A stretch of 33,190 bases of DNA from an uncultured Lachnospiraceae bacterium (GTDB lineage Bacteria > Bacillota > Clostridia > Lachnospirales > Lachnospiraceae): the NCBI GenBank assembly GCA_902797015.1, contig CADBRG010000216.1, positions 1 through 33,190 on the forward strand, read 5' to 3'. The notes beneath the pieces are model-generated. The model worked only from the letters and a program-made list of their open reading frames with translations. It was not told the DNA's origin and searched no databases. Below, one piece after another: positions 1 to 8,190 of the stretch. The position numbers were made by a program, and so were the translations under genes. The first letter of the stretch is position 1; each line of letters begins with the position of its first letter.

Positions 1-1
1 G

Positions 2-496
2 CCGGAAGTAAAGAACATGTATACGGATCTGATCAACGAACTGGTACCGGATAAAAGTGAAAAACAAAAAGTCTTCGACCCGAAAGGCCCGTACCTTCCG
101 ACCAAAAAGATCTATGCTATCACAAAAACGATCGAGAACCTGGAGGCACAGTTAAAAGAAATCCCGCAGAACATGTTCAACCGGAAAGACAGACGGGCAC
201 TGGAAGAAAAAATCGGATCGGAAAAAGAAAAGCTCGAGAAAGCAAAGACACATCTGCAGACACTTCCAAAGATGAAAGGGTATTCATCTGTAAAAGAAGC
301 AGAGGCGGCATACCGGAAAGCGGCAGGCATCTACCATACGCTGCAAAGAAAAGCGGAAGGGAAACCCCAGCCGAAGGAAAAGAAACCGGAAGAGAGAGAA
401 AGCGTTTTGCTGCAGCTGGCAGAGAGCAAAAAGCTATTGGATGAACAGGAGCTCAAACCGAAAAGTGATAAGAAGGTCAGGGCGCAGGAACGATAA
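2..496 (+). CDS. C-terminal part of a probable mobilisation/relaxase (MobA/MobL-like) protein, truncated at the window start
   Basis: The frame is open from position 2 (PEVKNMYTD...). Lys/Glu-rich coiled-coil tail ending ERESVLLQL...KKVRAQER, typical of Clostridial relaxase C-termini, and followed by iteron-like repeats. The catalytic domain is not visible. Confidence 0.5.
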   Translation, partial: PEVKNMYTDLINELVPDKSEKQKVFDPKGPYLPTKKIYAITKTIENLEAQLKEIPQNMFNRKDRRALEEKIGSEKEKLEKAKTHLQTLPKMKGYSSVKEAEAAYRKAAGIYHTLQRKAEGKPQPKEKKPEERESVLLQLAESKKLLDEQELKPKSDKKVRAQER

Positions 497-573
497 AAAT
501 CATGATTCCGGAAATGTGAATTTCATGATTCCAGTGATGTGAAAATCATGACTCCGGACTCATGATTTTCACA
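496..573. repeat. Three imperfect 23-bp tandem repeats plus a 36-bp near-perfect palindrome (iteron/oriV-like)
   Basis: aaaatcatgattccggaaatgtg (496-518), aatttcatgattccagtgatgtg (519-541), aaaatcatgactccggactcatg (542-564). Palindrome tgtgaaaatcatgac-tccgga-ctcatgattttcaca (538-573, one mismatched pair). Confidence 0.75.
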
Positions 574-797
574 CCCTAATAAGACTGAGAATAATAAGAC
601 TGAGTATAATCATACCGACTCCTCCTATAAAGGGGAGAGGAGACTGAAAATTAACTCATATTCGTATTATTAATATGAACAGGTAAAAAGTTCATCGAAG
701 AAATTTGAACATCATTTTTGGAGTCCTGACATAAAAAAAGGGTACCAAATCAATATATAAAAATAATGGGAGTGATTAAGATATGATAATTGTTTGT

Positions 798-910
798 TGT
801 GGAAAAATAGATGCGCAGAGCCCTTGAAAACACGGACTTTCAAATCGAAAAATGAGATTGGACGATGAGTATATCCATGAGGTTTGAAAATGGGGTTCTA
901 TTTTTCTACA
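798..910. repeat. Nested inverted repeats (113-bp unit, TGT...ACA ends)
   Basis: tgtggaaaaataga (798-811) vs tctatttttctaca (897-910), 13/14 match. Inner pair tttcaaatc (838-846) / ggtttgaaa (881-889). Confidence 0.5.
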
Positions 911-1000
911 TAAAGATCTGGATAGACTTAGCGGGAATAGTTTTTGAGATATGACAAAAATGTTAGTGTTTGCTGACGCATCTTGAATTATAATGAGTGC

Positions 1001-1678
1001 ATGAAATACAAGATCCTGATCATTGAAGACGACAAAGGAATAGCAGAAGCGATTGCGAAGAATCTTACCGGCTGGGATATGGAACCTGGTTTGGTTTCGG
1101 ATTTTCGTGATGTTATGGGAGCGTTCGTATCGTTTGCGCCGCAACTGGTACTGATCGATATCGGCCTTCCCTTCATGGATGGCTATCACTGGTGCGGCGA
1201 GATTCGCCGTATCAGCTCCGTGCCGATCATATTTATCTCCTCGGCTTCGGATAACATGAACATCGTGATGGCGATGAATCTGGGGGCGGATGATTTTATT
1301 GCGAAGCCGTTTGATCAAAGCGTGCTGATCGCGAAGATACAAGCATTGCTGCGCAGATCCTATGACTATGCGGGGACACTGCCGCTTCTTGAGCATAAAG
1401 GTGCGTTTCTGAACACCGGAAGCAGTACGCTCTCCTATGAAAATGAAACCGTGGAACTTTCTAAAAACGAATATCGGATCCTTTTTACATTAATGCAAAA
1501 CAAAGACCGGGTGGTGAGCAGGGAAAAACTGATGGAAGTTCTCTGGCAGACAGACAGCTATGTGGATGAGAATACATTGACGGTTAACATCGGACGTTTG
1601 CGCAAGAAACTAAGCGAGATCGGACTAGATGATTTTATTGTCACGAAATTCGGTGTGGGATATATGGTCAAATCATGA
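1001..1678 (+). CDS. OmpR-family response regulator, BceR/GraR-like
   Basis: ILIIEDD receiver start, LIDIGLPFMDGYHWC, GADDFIAKPF, winged helix VDENTLTVNIGRLRKKL. ATG at 1001 preferred over 983. Confidence 0.93.
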   Translation: MKYKILIIEDDKGIAEAIAKNLTGWDMEPGLVSDFRDVMGAFVSFAPQLVLIDIGLPFMDGYHWCGEIRRISSVPIIFISSASDNMNIVMAMNLGADDFIAKPFDQSVLIAKIQALLRRSYDYAGTLPLLEHKGAFLNTGSSTLSYENETVELSKNEYRILFTLMQNKDRVVSREKLMEVLWQTDSYVDENTLTVNIGRLRKKLSEIGLDDFIVTKFGVGYMVKS

Positions 1679-2658
1679 GATTGAACGATTATCTGAAAGG
1701 GAAAAGAAAAACAATTGCTGCGTGTCTGATCTTTGCAGTCATCATCTTTTTGTGTTTGTTTTTGTCTGATGTTCCGGCAAAACAGCTGTGTTATCCGTAT
1801 GTTTTGTGTTTCCTTGTCGGCATTCTGTTTCTTGCGGCCGGATATCGGAGGTGTCGGAAAACCTGCGGGGAGCTTCGGATCATAAACGGGCTGCAGGCGG
1901 AACTGGTCGATGAACTGCCACAGCCGCAAAGACCGCAGGATGTTTATTATCAGGAGATTATACGCTCTCTTTGTGATGAGGCCAGACAAAAGCAGACGGA
2001 ATTCGCCGGAAAATATAGCGATATGCTCGATTATTATGCAGCATGGGCGCATCAGATCAAGACACCCATCGCAGCCATGAAGCTCAGCTTTCAGAATGAA
2101 GACAGTTCTTTGTCACGGCAATCGTTGAATGATTTAAGACGGATTGAGCAGTACGTGGATATGGTCATGACATATCTGAAACTGGATTCTGATAGTATGG
2201 ATTATGTGATAAGAACACATGATCTGGACTCTATCATTAGACAGTCAGTCCGGCATTTTGCGGGAGAGTTTATCAGTCGCGGGATCCGACTGGAATATGA
2301 ACCGGTTGAATTTACTGTGTTGACGGATGACAAATGGCTTGCATTTGTCATGGAGCAGATCATTTCCAATGCGTTGAAATATACACAGGAAGGGACGGTA
2401 AGAATCTATATGGATGAGGCGGTTCTTTGCATCAAAGATACTGGAATCGGAATTGAGGAAGCAGATATCCCCAGAATCTTCGAGAAGGGATTTACCGGCT
2501 ACAATGGCCGAAAAGACAAGCGGGCCAGTGGCATAGGGTTGTATCTGTGTAAGCGGATCTGCGACAATCAGGCACATGGGATCTCAGTGGAATCTGCTGT
2601 GGGAGAGGGAACTACGATACGGATTGATTTGTCACAGAGCACGGTTGGAATTGAGTAA
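1675..2658 (+). CDS. Intramembrane-sensing histidine kinase, BceS/GraS-like
   Basis: Two N-terminal TM helices with a short loop, H-box WAHQIKTP, N-box QIISNALKY, G boxes DTGIGI and SGIGLYL. ATGA overlap with the regulator. Confidence 0.93.
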   Translation: MRLNDYLKGKRKTIAACLIFAVIIFLCLFLSDVPAKQLCYPYVLCFLVGILFLAAGYRRCRKTCGELRIINGLQAELVDELPQPQRPQDVYYQEIIRSLCDEARQKQTEFAGKYSDMLDYYAAWAHQIKTPIAAMKLSFQNEDSSLSRQSLNDLRRIEQYVDMVMTYLKLDSDSMDYVIRTHDLDSIIRQSVRHFAGEFISRGIRLEYEPVEFTVLTDDKWLAFVMEQIISNALKYTQEGTVRIYMDEAVLCIKDTGIGIEEADIPRIFEKGFTGYNGRKDKRASGIGLYLCKRICDNQAHGISVESAVGEGTTIRIDLSQSTVGIE

Positions 2659-2665
2659 ATGTATT

Positions 2666-2704
2666 TTCTTACATCAATGTAAGAATGATGTATTGATTTG
2701 TAAG
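2666..2704 (+). promoter_or_regulatory. BceR/GraR-type binding site upstream of the ABC transporter
   Basis: Perfect inverted repeat TTCTTACA-tcaa-TGTAAGAA (2666-2685; ACA-N4-TGT core). A second TGTAAG half-site lies 21 bp downstream (2699-2704). Confidence 0.75.
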
Positions 2705-2771
2705 GCGATTCGATGGAATGAATCGCCTTTTTCCTACATACTTGCAGTATGAAATGCAAGGAGGTATTACC

Positions 2772-3535
2772 ATGAGCTTATTTGAGGCGAAAAACATCAG
2801 AAAAGTATATAAGACACGGTTTGGCGGTGCTTCGGTAGAGGCACTGCGGAATGTCAGTTTTACCGTAGAAGAGGGTGAGTATGTAGCAATCATGGGGGAA
2901 TCCGGCAGTGGAAAGACAACCTTGCTCAACATTCTGGCGGCACTGGATAAGCCGACGGAAGGAATGGTGATTCTGGACGGGATGAACCTTGGTGAGATCA
3001 AAGACAAAGATATCGCAGTGTTCCGAAGGGACAACCTGGGCTATGTGTTCCAGGATTTTAATCTGCTGGATACCTTTTCATTGGAGGATAACATCTATCT
3101 GCCGTTGGTCCTTGCGGGGAAAAAACCGAAGAAATGAAACAGCGTATGGATGCGATTGTTGGGTATCTCGGGATTGAAAAGATCTTAAAGAAATATCCAT
3201 ATGAAGTTTCAGGCGGGCAAAAACAGCGTGCTGCCGTGGCAAGAGCGTTGATCACACAGCCCAGGATCATTCTGGCCGATGAGCCGACCGGCGCATTGGA
3301 TTCAAAGTCATCCGATGAACTGATGGAACTGTTCAAAAAAGTGAACCGCATGGGGCAGACGATCCTCATGGTCACGCATTCCGTCAAGGCGGCAAGCAAT
3401 GCTTCGCGGGTGCTGTTTATAAAGGATGGTATCGTATTTCACCAGATCTACCGCGGTGATGCCACGGATCAGCAGTTGTATCAGAAGATCAGTGATACAC
3501 TGACGCTGTTGGCGCAGGGAGGTGATCGGCCATGA
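2772..3535 (+). pseudogene. BceA-like ABC transporter ATP-binding protein, split by a 1-bp frameshift (real or assembly error)
   Basis: RBS ggagg then ATG 2772. Walker A GESGSGKT and Q-loop are in ORF 2772-3137. Signature VSGGQKQR, Walker B ILADEP and H-loop are in ORF 3134-3535. One extra A in the A6 run at 3120-3125 gives continuous LAGKKTEEMKQRM. Confidence 0.85.
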
Positions 3536-5562
3536 AGATTGGTTTTTATCCAAAGATGGCAGTATCAGGAATGCGAAAGAACGGGCGTCTGTATATGCCG
3601 TATCTGGTGACTTGCATTCTGATGGTCTGCATTTATTATGTCATGCATTTTCTGGGAAATTCCGGGGTGATGAATGGAATACCGGGTGGTCATACGGCTG
3701 TTGAAATAATGGCATACGGTACCTATATCCTTGTTTTGTTTGCACTGGTTTTTTTGTTTTATACACATTCTTCTCTTATAAAAGGTCGGAAGAAGGAGTT
3801 CGGTCTTTACAGCATTCTGGGGATGAATAAGCACAATCTGGGAAAGATCATTTTATTCGAAACGCTGATCACATGGGCAGTCTCCCTGTTATTCGGACTT
3901 GCTGCGGGAATTGCATTGTCCAAAATTGCCGAGTTGGGATTTACAAGGCTGATTGAAGTGCCAGCCAGATATTCGTTTTCGATATCCGGTGTATCTGTTG
4001 TTATGACGGTGGCAGTTTTTTCTATGATCTTCCTTTTGATCTTTTTAAACTCTGTAAGACAGGTCCGGTTTTCGAGTCCGATCGAATTGGTCCGGGCAGA
4101 TAAGGCCGGCGAAAAGCCGCCGAAAGCGAACTGGGTGGTAGGTGTTCTGGGACTGGTGCTTTTGGGTGCTGGCTACTATATCGCGCTGAAGATTGAGCAG
4201 CCGATGTCTGCATTGATGTGGTTTCTGGTGGCAGTGATGCTCATTATTCTCGGGACTTATCTGGTATTGATCGCAGGGAGCGTCATTCTCTGTAAAATGC
4301 TGCAGAAGAATAAAGCCTATTATTACAAGACAAATCATTTCGTTTCGGTTTCATCCATGACGTATCGCATGAAGCGAAACGGTGCGGGACTGGCGTCGAT
4401 CTGTATTTTGCTTACGATGGTACTGGTGATGCTTTCGTCGACTTTGGCTCTTTATGCCGGATCGGAAGACTGCCTGAATATCCGTTATCCCAATGAGATC
4501 GGTGCGTTTGCCTGCAAATATGGGTATGATGAAGGTCTGGATGGCCTGGGAGAAAAATTGGATGCGGATCTGAAGGAAGCGGCCCAGGAACAAGGGGCAA
4601 CTGTTACGAATAATAAAACCTATTACGAATATTCTGTTTCCGGATATCTTGAAAACAGCAAGCTGGATATTTCCTTGAATTCGCTGACAGATATGGCATT
4701 TATCGATTATGACAAAGTGGCGCAGATCCTGTTTATCGACGTGGAGGAGTATAACCGAGTTTTTGGTCATCACGAGATCGTTTCATCGGGACAGGCGCTG
4801 GTGGGGACGAAGAAAAACATAGAAATCGGGAATGTCTTGACGATCGGTGATGTGCCGTTTGATGTGGTTGGCAGGATTGATGATCAGATTACGGAAATCG
4901 ATCCGGCCGCAGAGGGTTCCGCTTCACCCGGTGTTTTTATGATCGTAAATGATGTTAATGCAGTGGCGCAGAACTTTACGAAGTACACAGATTATGACGG
5001 GGCACCGATGTTAGCTTGGTTCTGGAACTGCCGGTTCGATACCGGGCTGGATGCAGAAGGGCAGATTGCACTCGCGGATACGTTGGAAGAGAAGCTGGAG
5101 TCAGAACTGGAAGGGCTGGGCTTTTCCAACTATTACTGTGAAAGTCACGAAGGGGAACGGGGTGATTTTGTCAGCACCTTTGGTGGACTTCTCTTTTTGG
5201 GGGTCCTGCTCAGCATGATCTTTCTGGTTTCCTGTGTGGTCATCATTTACTACAAACAGGTTTCGGAAGGCTTCGAAGACCAGACAAGGTTTGAGATCAT
5301 GCAGAAGGTGGGGATGACCAAGGAAGACATTAAAAAAAGCATTAATTCCCAGATGCTGACGGTTTTTCTGATCCCAGTCATATTCGCATGCATTCATCTG
5401 GTTGTCGTACTGCCGTTGGTTCATAAGCTGCTGATGTTGTTCGGTTTGTTCAGCATGTCGCATTTAGTGCTGACTGCCTGCATCTGCGCGGCAGCCTGTG
5501 TGCTGTTCTATGCGTTGATCTATAAGCTGACATCACAGGTCTATTACAAGATTGTGGCGTGA
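3532..5562 (+). CDS. BceB-like FtsX-family ABC transporter permease
   Basis: 676 aa, about 10 TM segments with a large extracellular loop. Motifs RKKEFGLYSILGM and YYKQVSEG...RFEIMQKVG. Confidence 0.92.
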   Translation: MKIGFYPKMAVSGMRKNGRLYMPYLVTCILMVCIYYVMHFLGNSGVMNGIPGGHTAVEIMAYGTYILVLFALVFLFYTHSSLIKGRKKEFGLYSILGMNKHNLGKIILFETLITWAVSLLFGLAAGIALSKIAELGFTRLIEVPARYSFSISGVSVVMTVAVFSMIFLLIFLNSVRQVRFSSPIELVRADKAGEKPPKANWVVGVLGLVLLGAGYYIALKIEQPMSALMWFLVAVMLIILGTYLVLIAGSVILCKMLQKNKAYYYKTNHFVSVSSMTYRMKRNGAGLASICILLTMVLVMLSSTLALYAGSEDCLNIRYPNEIGAFACKYGYDEGLDGLGEKLDADLKEAAQEQGATVTNNKTYYEYSVSGYLENSKLDISLNSLTDMAFIDYDKVAQILFIDVEEYNRVFGHHEIVSSGQALVGTKKNIEIGNVLTIGDVPFDVVGRIDDQITEIDPAAEGSASPGVFMIVNDVNAVAQNFTKYTDYDGAPMLAWFWNCRFDTGLDAEGQIALADTLEEKLESELEGLGFSNYYCESHEGERGDFVSTFGGLLFLGVLLSMIFLVSCVVIIYYKQVSEGFEDQTRFEIMQKVGMTKEDIKKSINSQMLTVFLIPVIFACIHLVVVLPLVHKLLMLFGLFSMSHLVLTACICAAACVLFYALIYKLTSQVYYKIVA

Positions 5563-5677
5563 TGATTGATCACAGAGATTGTTTTTGTATGTGCCCTGTA
5601 TGTACATATTTGAAATTGGGCAGACAGAATTCTTGTTTTTATTAGGTTTGCGAGACATGAGCAGAGATTCGATCTCC

Positions 5678-6016
5678 TTATGCTCCATGAGGCCGGAAAG
5701 TCAGTGTTATGCGACTTTCCGGCTTTTGCTTTGTATTGGCGAAAGAATAGAAAAAGATGATTAGAAAATATATATCTTCTTGCTTAATGCTGGACAACAT
5801 CTCACCTACGCTAACTCCATCCCTGTAAATGTTATTCCATAAATCTGAGGCGGTTTTGACTTCTGTCGTTTCTTTATAAAACTCACAAAAAGAAATAAGA
5901 GCATTATCTTCATTATCATCTGGATACCAGTATGTGATTGAATACTTTTTTCCTCGATATGTAAATTCTATTTCATTACGAATATTGATATAGTTTTCTA
6001 ACTGTTCAAATGTCAT
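5678..6016 (-). CDS. Small hypothetical protein, probable toxin immunity protein
   Basis: Strong RBS (gaggaggt). The ATG overlaps the toxin-frame stop (TAATG at 6018-6014). Acidic/aromatic core of about 84 aa (EIEFTYRGKKYSIT). The true stop may be the TAA at 5763-5761 if one A is missing (…EDIYIF*), because the as-read tail runs through the terminator. Confidence 0.6.
   Translation of the reverse strand: MTFEQLENYINIRNEIEFTYRGKKYSITYWYPDDNEDNALISFCEFYKETTEVKTASDLWNNIYRDGVSVGEMLSSIKQEDIYFLIIFFYSFANTKQKPESRITLTFRPHGA
5692..5727 (+). terminator. Intrinsic terminator-like hairpin
   Basis: GCCGGAAAGTC-(10 nt)-GACTTTCCGGC followed by TTTT, between convergent genes. Confidence 0.7.
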
Positions 6017-6320
6017 TATTTTACCTCCTCATCTTTGCCCCTACGCGGCTTCCCATTATTCCAAGTGATATGATGTTGATGTGGTACCACAGGATGTGTT
6101 TTTGGATTACCATGATCAGAATAATCAATATCCAGATAGGCTTTGCCGTCACTATCATAGTAGCGTTCCTGAATAAGTTTCCATCAACGCATGACTGCGT
6201 AACAGAATTTGGTTCACCACTCATGGGAATATTATGATTGTCGTTAACAACATTTTTACTATCTACTTGTTCAATACTAGAAGAACTAGCTGTATTGAAT
6301 GATTCGCCATTACCTTTCAT
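6016..6320 (-). pseudogene. Frameshifted polymorphic-toxin-like gene (His-rich predicted RNase, resembling Ntox24-type domains)
   Basis: ATG 6320 (MKGNGESF...GEPNSVTQSCVDG). Adding one A at 6178-6180 continues as KLIQERYYDSDGKAYLDIDYSDHGNPKTHPVVPHQHHITWNNGKPRRGKDEEVK*, ending exactly at the stop coupled to the next ATG. Confidence 0.7.
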
Positions 6321-6672
6321 CAGTATAGCCTGCCTTTCTCCTTTTGGCAGCATCCCGATTCTTAATCATCATATATGAATCATACTGATAGATAGGTATT
6401 TGTTTTGTAATTGCCTCCTCGAAGATAAACTCTGATGCAGGACCATATACAAGAATTCCTGATGGTGTCAGTGTATTAATGATAGTAGTAACCTGCTCCT
6501 CGAATATTATACGATTGGCCTTGCTATGTGTAAAACCGTTTGTGCCAATAGCGATTAAATGATTGCAGGGATATGCCGCCAAGGAACTTAATGTATCAGT
6601 TGTACCGACTCTCACATTAGGAATTACCTTAATGCCTTTTGGAGTTTGCAGGAAATAGAGCAGCTTACACAT
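6310..6672 (-). pseudogene. C-terminal fragment of a DUF4417-like protein
   Basis: Motifs GIKVIPNVR(V)G, IAIGTNG and P-x-x-ILVYG match my recollection of DUF4417. The N-terminal half is absent, and the sequence is cut next to the repeat at 6689. Confidence 0.65.
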
Positions 6673-6688
6673 ATTAATACATATTTTG

Positions 6689-6816
6689 ATGAATAAACAT
6701 ACAGCAGGGCAGATCGTGTGATCTGCCCTGTATTAAGGTATCGGAATGGGTAAAAATCTTCCCACAAGAGTCTCTGCTTTTTATAGTTTGCTATGTAAAT
6801 CTGTTTCGTGTTATGT
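6689..6816. repeat. 128-bp direct repeat, copy 1
   Basis: Identical to 8191-8318 except for 4 substitutions. Contains hairpin CAGGGCAGATC-N4-GATCTGCCCTG and the 12-mer AATCTTCCCACA (6755-6766). Confidence 0.95.
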
Positions 6817-6820
6817 CCAA

Positions 6821-6849
6821 TTGACAAACAGGGTAATTTTGAGTAGACT
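6821..6849 (+). promoter_or_regulatory. Sigma-A type promoter for the ATPase gene
   Basis: TTGACA-17 bp-TAGACT, immediately after repeat copy 1. Confidence 0.7.
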
Positions 6850-6900
6850 ATGAATGCAGGTGCGAAACTCAAAAATAATTTAAATTTCGGAAGTGAGACA

Positions 6901-8100
6901 ATGAACTATATCGAAAGACCAGAATATATGCAGAGACTCCTCGATCTTATGAGAACACCGGATATCAAGATCATTACCGGGGTAAGGCGAAGCGGAAAGT
7001 CTGAACTGATGAAGGCATATATCCGGAGGATCACGGAGACACAGCCGAATGCCAATATCATCTTCGTGGATTTCTTTGACTTGAAATATGAAGCCCTTAA
7101 GGAATATCATGCATTGTATGATTATATCGAGAGCCATTATGCAGAAGGAAAGGATAATTATGTCTTCGTGGATGAGGTGCAGCTCTGCGAGAAGTTCGAG
7201 CTTGCTATTAACAGTCTGCACACTTCTCGGAAATATGATCTATATATCACAGGTTCCAATGCCTTTCTATTAAGTTCCGACCTTTCAACGCTGTTCACCG
7301 GAAGATATATAGAGATCCATGTTTTCCCATTTAGCTTTGCTGAATTCTGCCGTTACTACGCGGAAGAGAAGGATACGGCAAAGCTTTTCGAAGAGTATGT
7401 CATCAAAGGAGGACTGGCGGGCTCTTATGAATACCGCACGGATCGTGACCGAATAAACTATATCCGGGATATTTACGATACGATCATCAACCGCGATCTG
7501 GTTACGAAGTATAACCTTCCGGACACCACGACGCTGGAGCACCTGGCGGAATTTATGATGGACAATGTTTCCAATCTAACCTCCCCCAACAACATCAGCG
7601 ATACACTGACGGCCAATGTGGTAGTTACGAATCATAAGACCGTAGGTAACTATATAAAGTACCTTTGTGATGCATATGTCTTTTATGGAGTGCGGCGATA
7701 TGATATCCGCGGCAAGAAGTATCTGAAGACGTCGATTAAGTATTATCTGAGTGATACGGGCTTCCGCTTCGCAAGGCTTGGCAGAAGAAATCTTGATTAC
7801 GGAAGGATGTATGAGAATATTGTCTGTATTGAACTGATGCGACGCGGATATGAAGTCTATGTTGGCAAGCTTTATCAGAAAGAAGTGGATTTCATAGCGG
7901 TCCGTGGAGATGAAAAAATATATATCCAGGTCAGTGACGACATTACCCGTCAGGAGACCTTTGAGCGGGAGTATCATCCGCTCCTGAAGATCAAAGATGC
8001 TTATCCGAAGCTGATTTTGGCTAATACCCGACATGAGACCTATGACTATGAAGGAATCAAGATATACAATCTGGCAGATTGGCTTCTCGAGAAGAATTAA
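6901..8100 (+). CDS. AAA_14 ATPase with C-terminal DUF4143 domain
   Basis: Walker A GVRRSGKS, Walker B VFVDEVQ, ITGSNA, KYYLSDTG, C-terminal EVDF...YIQV (PD-(D/E)XK-like). ATG 6901 preferred because 6850 abuts the -10 box. Confidence 0.9.
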   Translation: MNYIERPEYMQRLLDLMRTPDIKIITGVRRSGKSELMKAYIRRITETQPNANIIFVDFFDLKYEALKEYHALYDYIESHYAEGKDNYVFVDEVQLCEKFELAINSLHTSRKYDLYITGSNAFLLSSDLSTLFTGRYIEIHVFPFSFAEFCRYYAEEKDTAKLFEEYVIKGGLAGSYEYRTDRDRINYIRDIYDTIINRDLVTKYNLPDTTTLEHLAEFMMDNVSNLTSPNNISDTLTANVVVTNHKTVGNYIKYLCDAYVFYGVRRYDIRGKKYLKTSIKYYLSDTGFRFARLGRRNLDYGRMYENIVCIELMRRGYEVYVGKLYQKEVDFIAVRGDEKIYIQVSDDITRQETFEREYHPLLKIKDAYPKLILANTRHETYDYEGIKIYNLADWLLEKN

Positions 8101-8190
8101 GCCAAGTCTCAGACATTAATGATATCGGAGTATATGTTTTCCGGCGGCTATGAATATGCAAGAGAGGCTGTTTGAATATTTTGAGAATAT

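Noticed and set aside
496-610. CRISPR array
   Set aside because: The repeats are contiguous and degenerate with no unique spacers, and there are no cas genes.
3111-3140. Programmed -1 ribosomal frameshift in bceA
   Set aside because: No canonical in-frame X XXY YYZ heptamer or obvious stimulatory structure; an indel is more parsimonious.
6021-6353. ORF-track protein MLPKGERQ...AKMRR as a membrane protein
   Set aside because: Its hydrophobic tail is the off-frame reading of the toxin C-terminus; the alternative frame has the conserved motif and a coupled stop.
8101-8190. Remnant of another gene between the ATPase and repeat copy 2
   Set aside because: Short open frames exist, but none gives a recognisable peptide.
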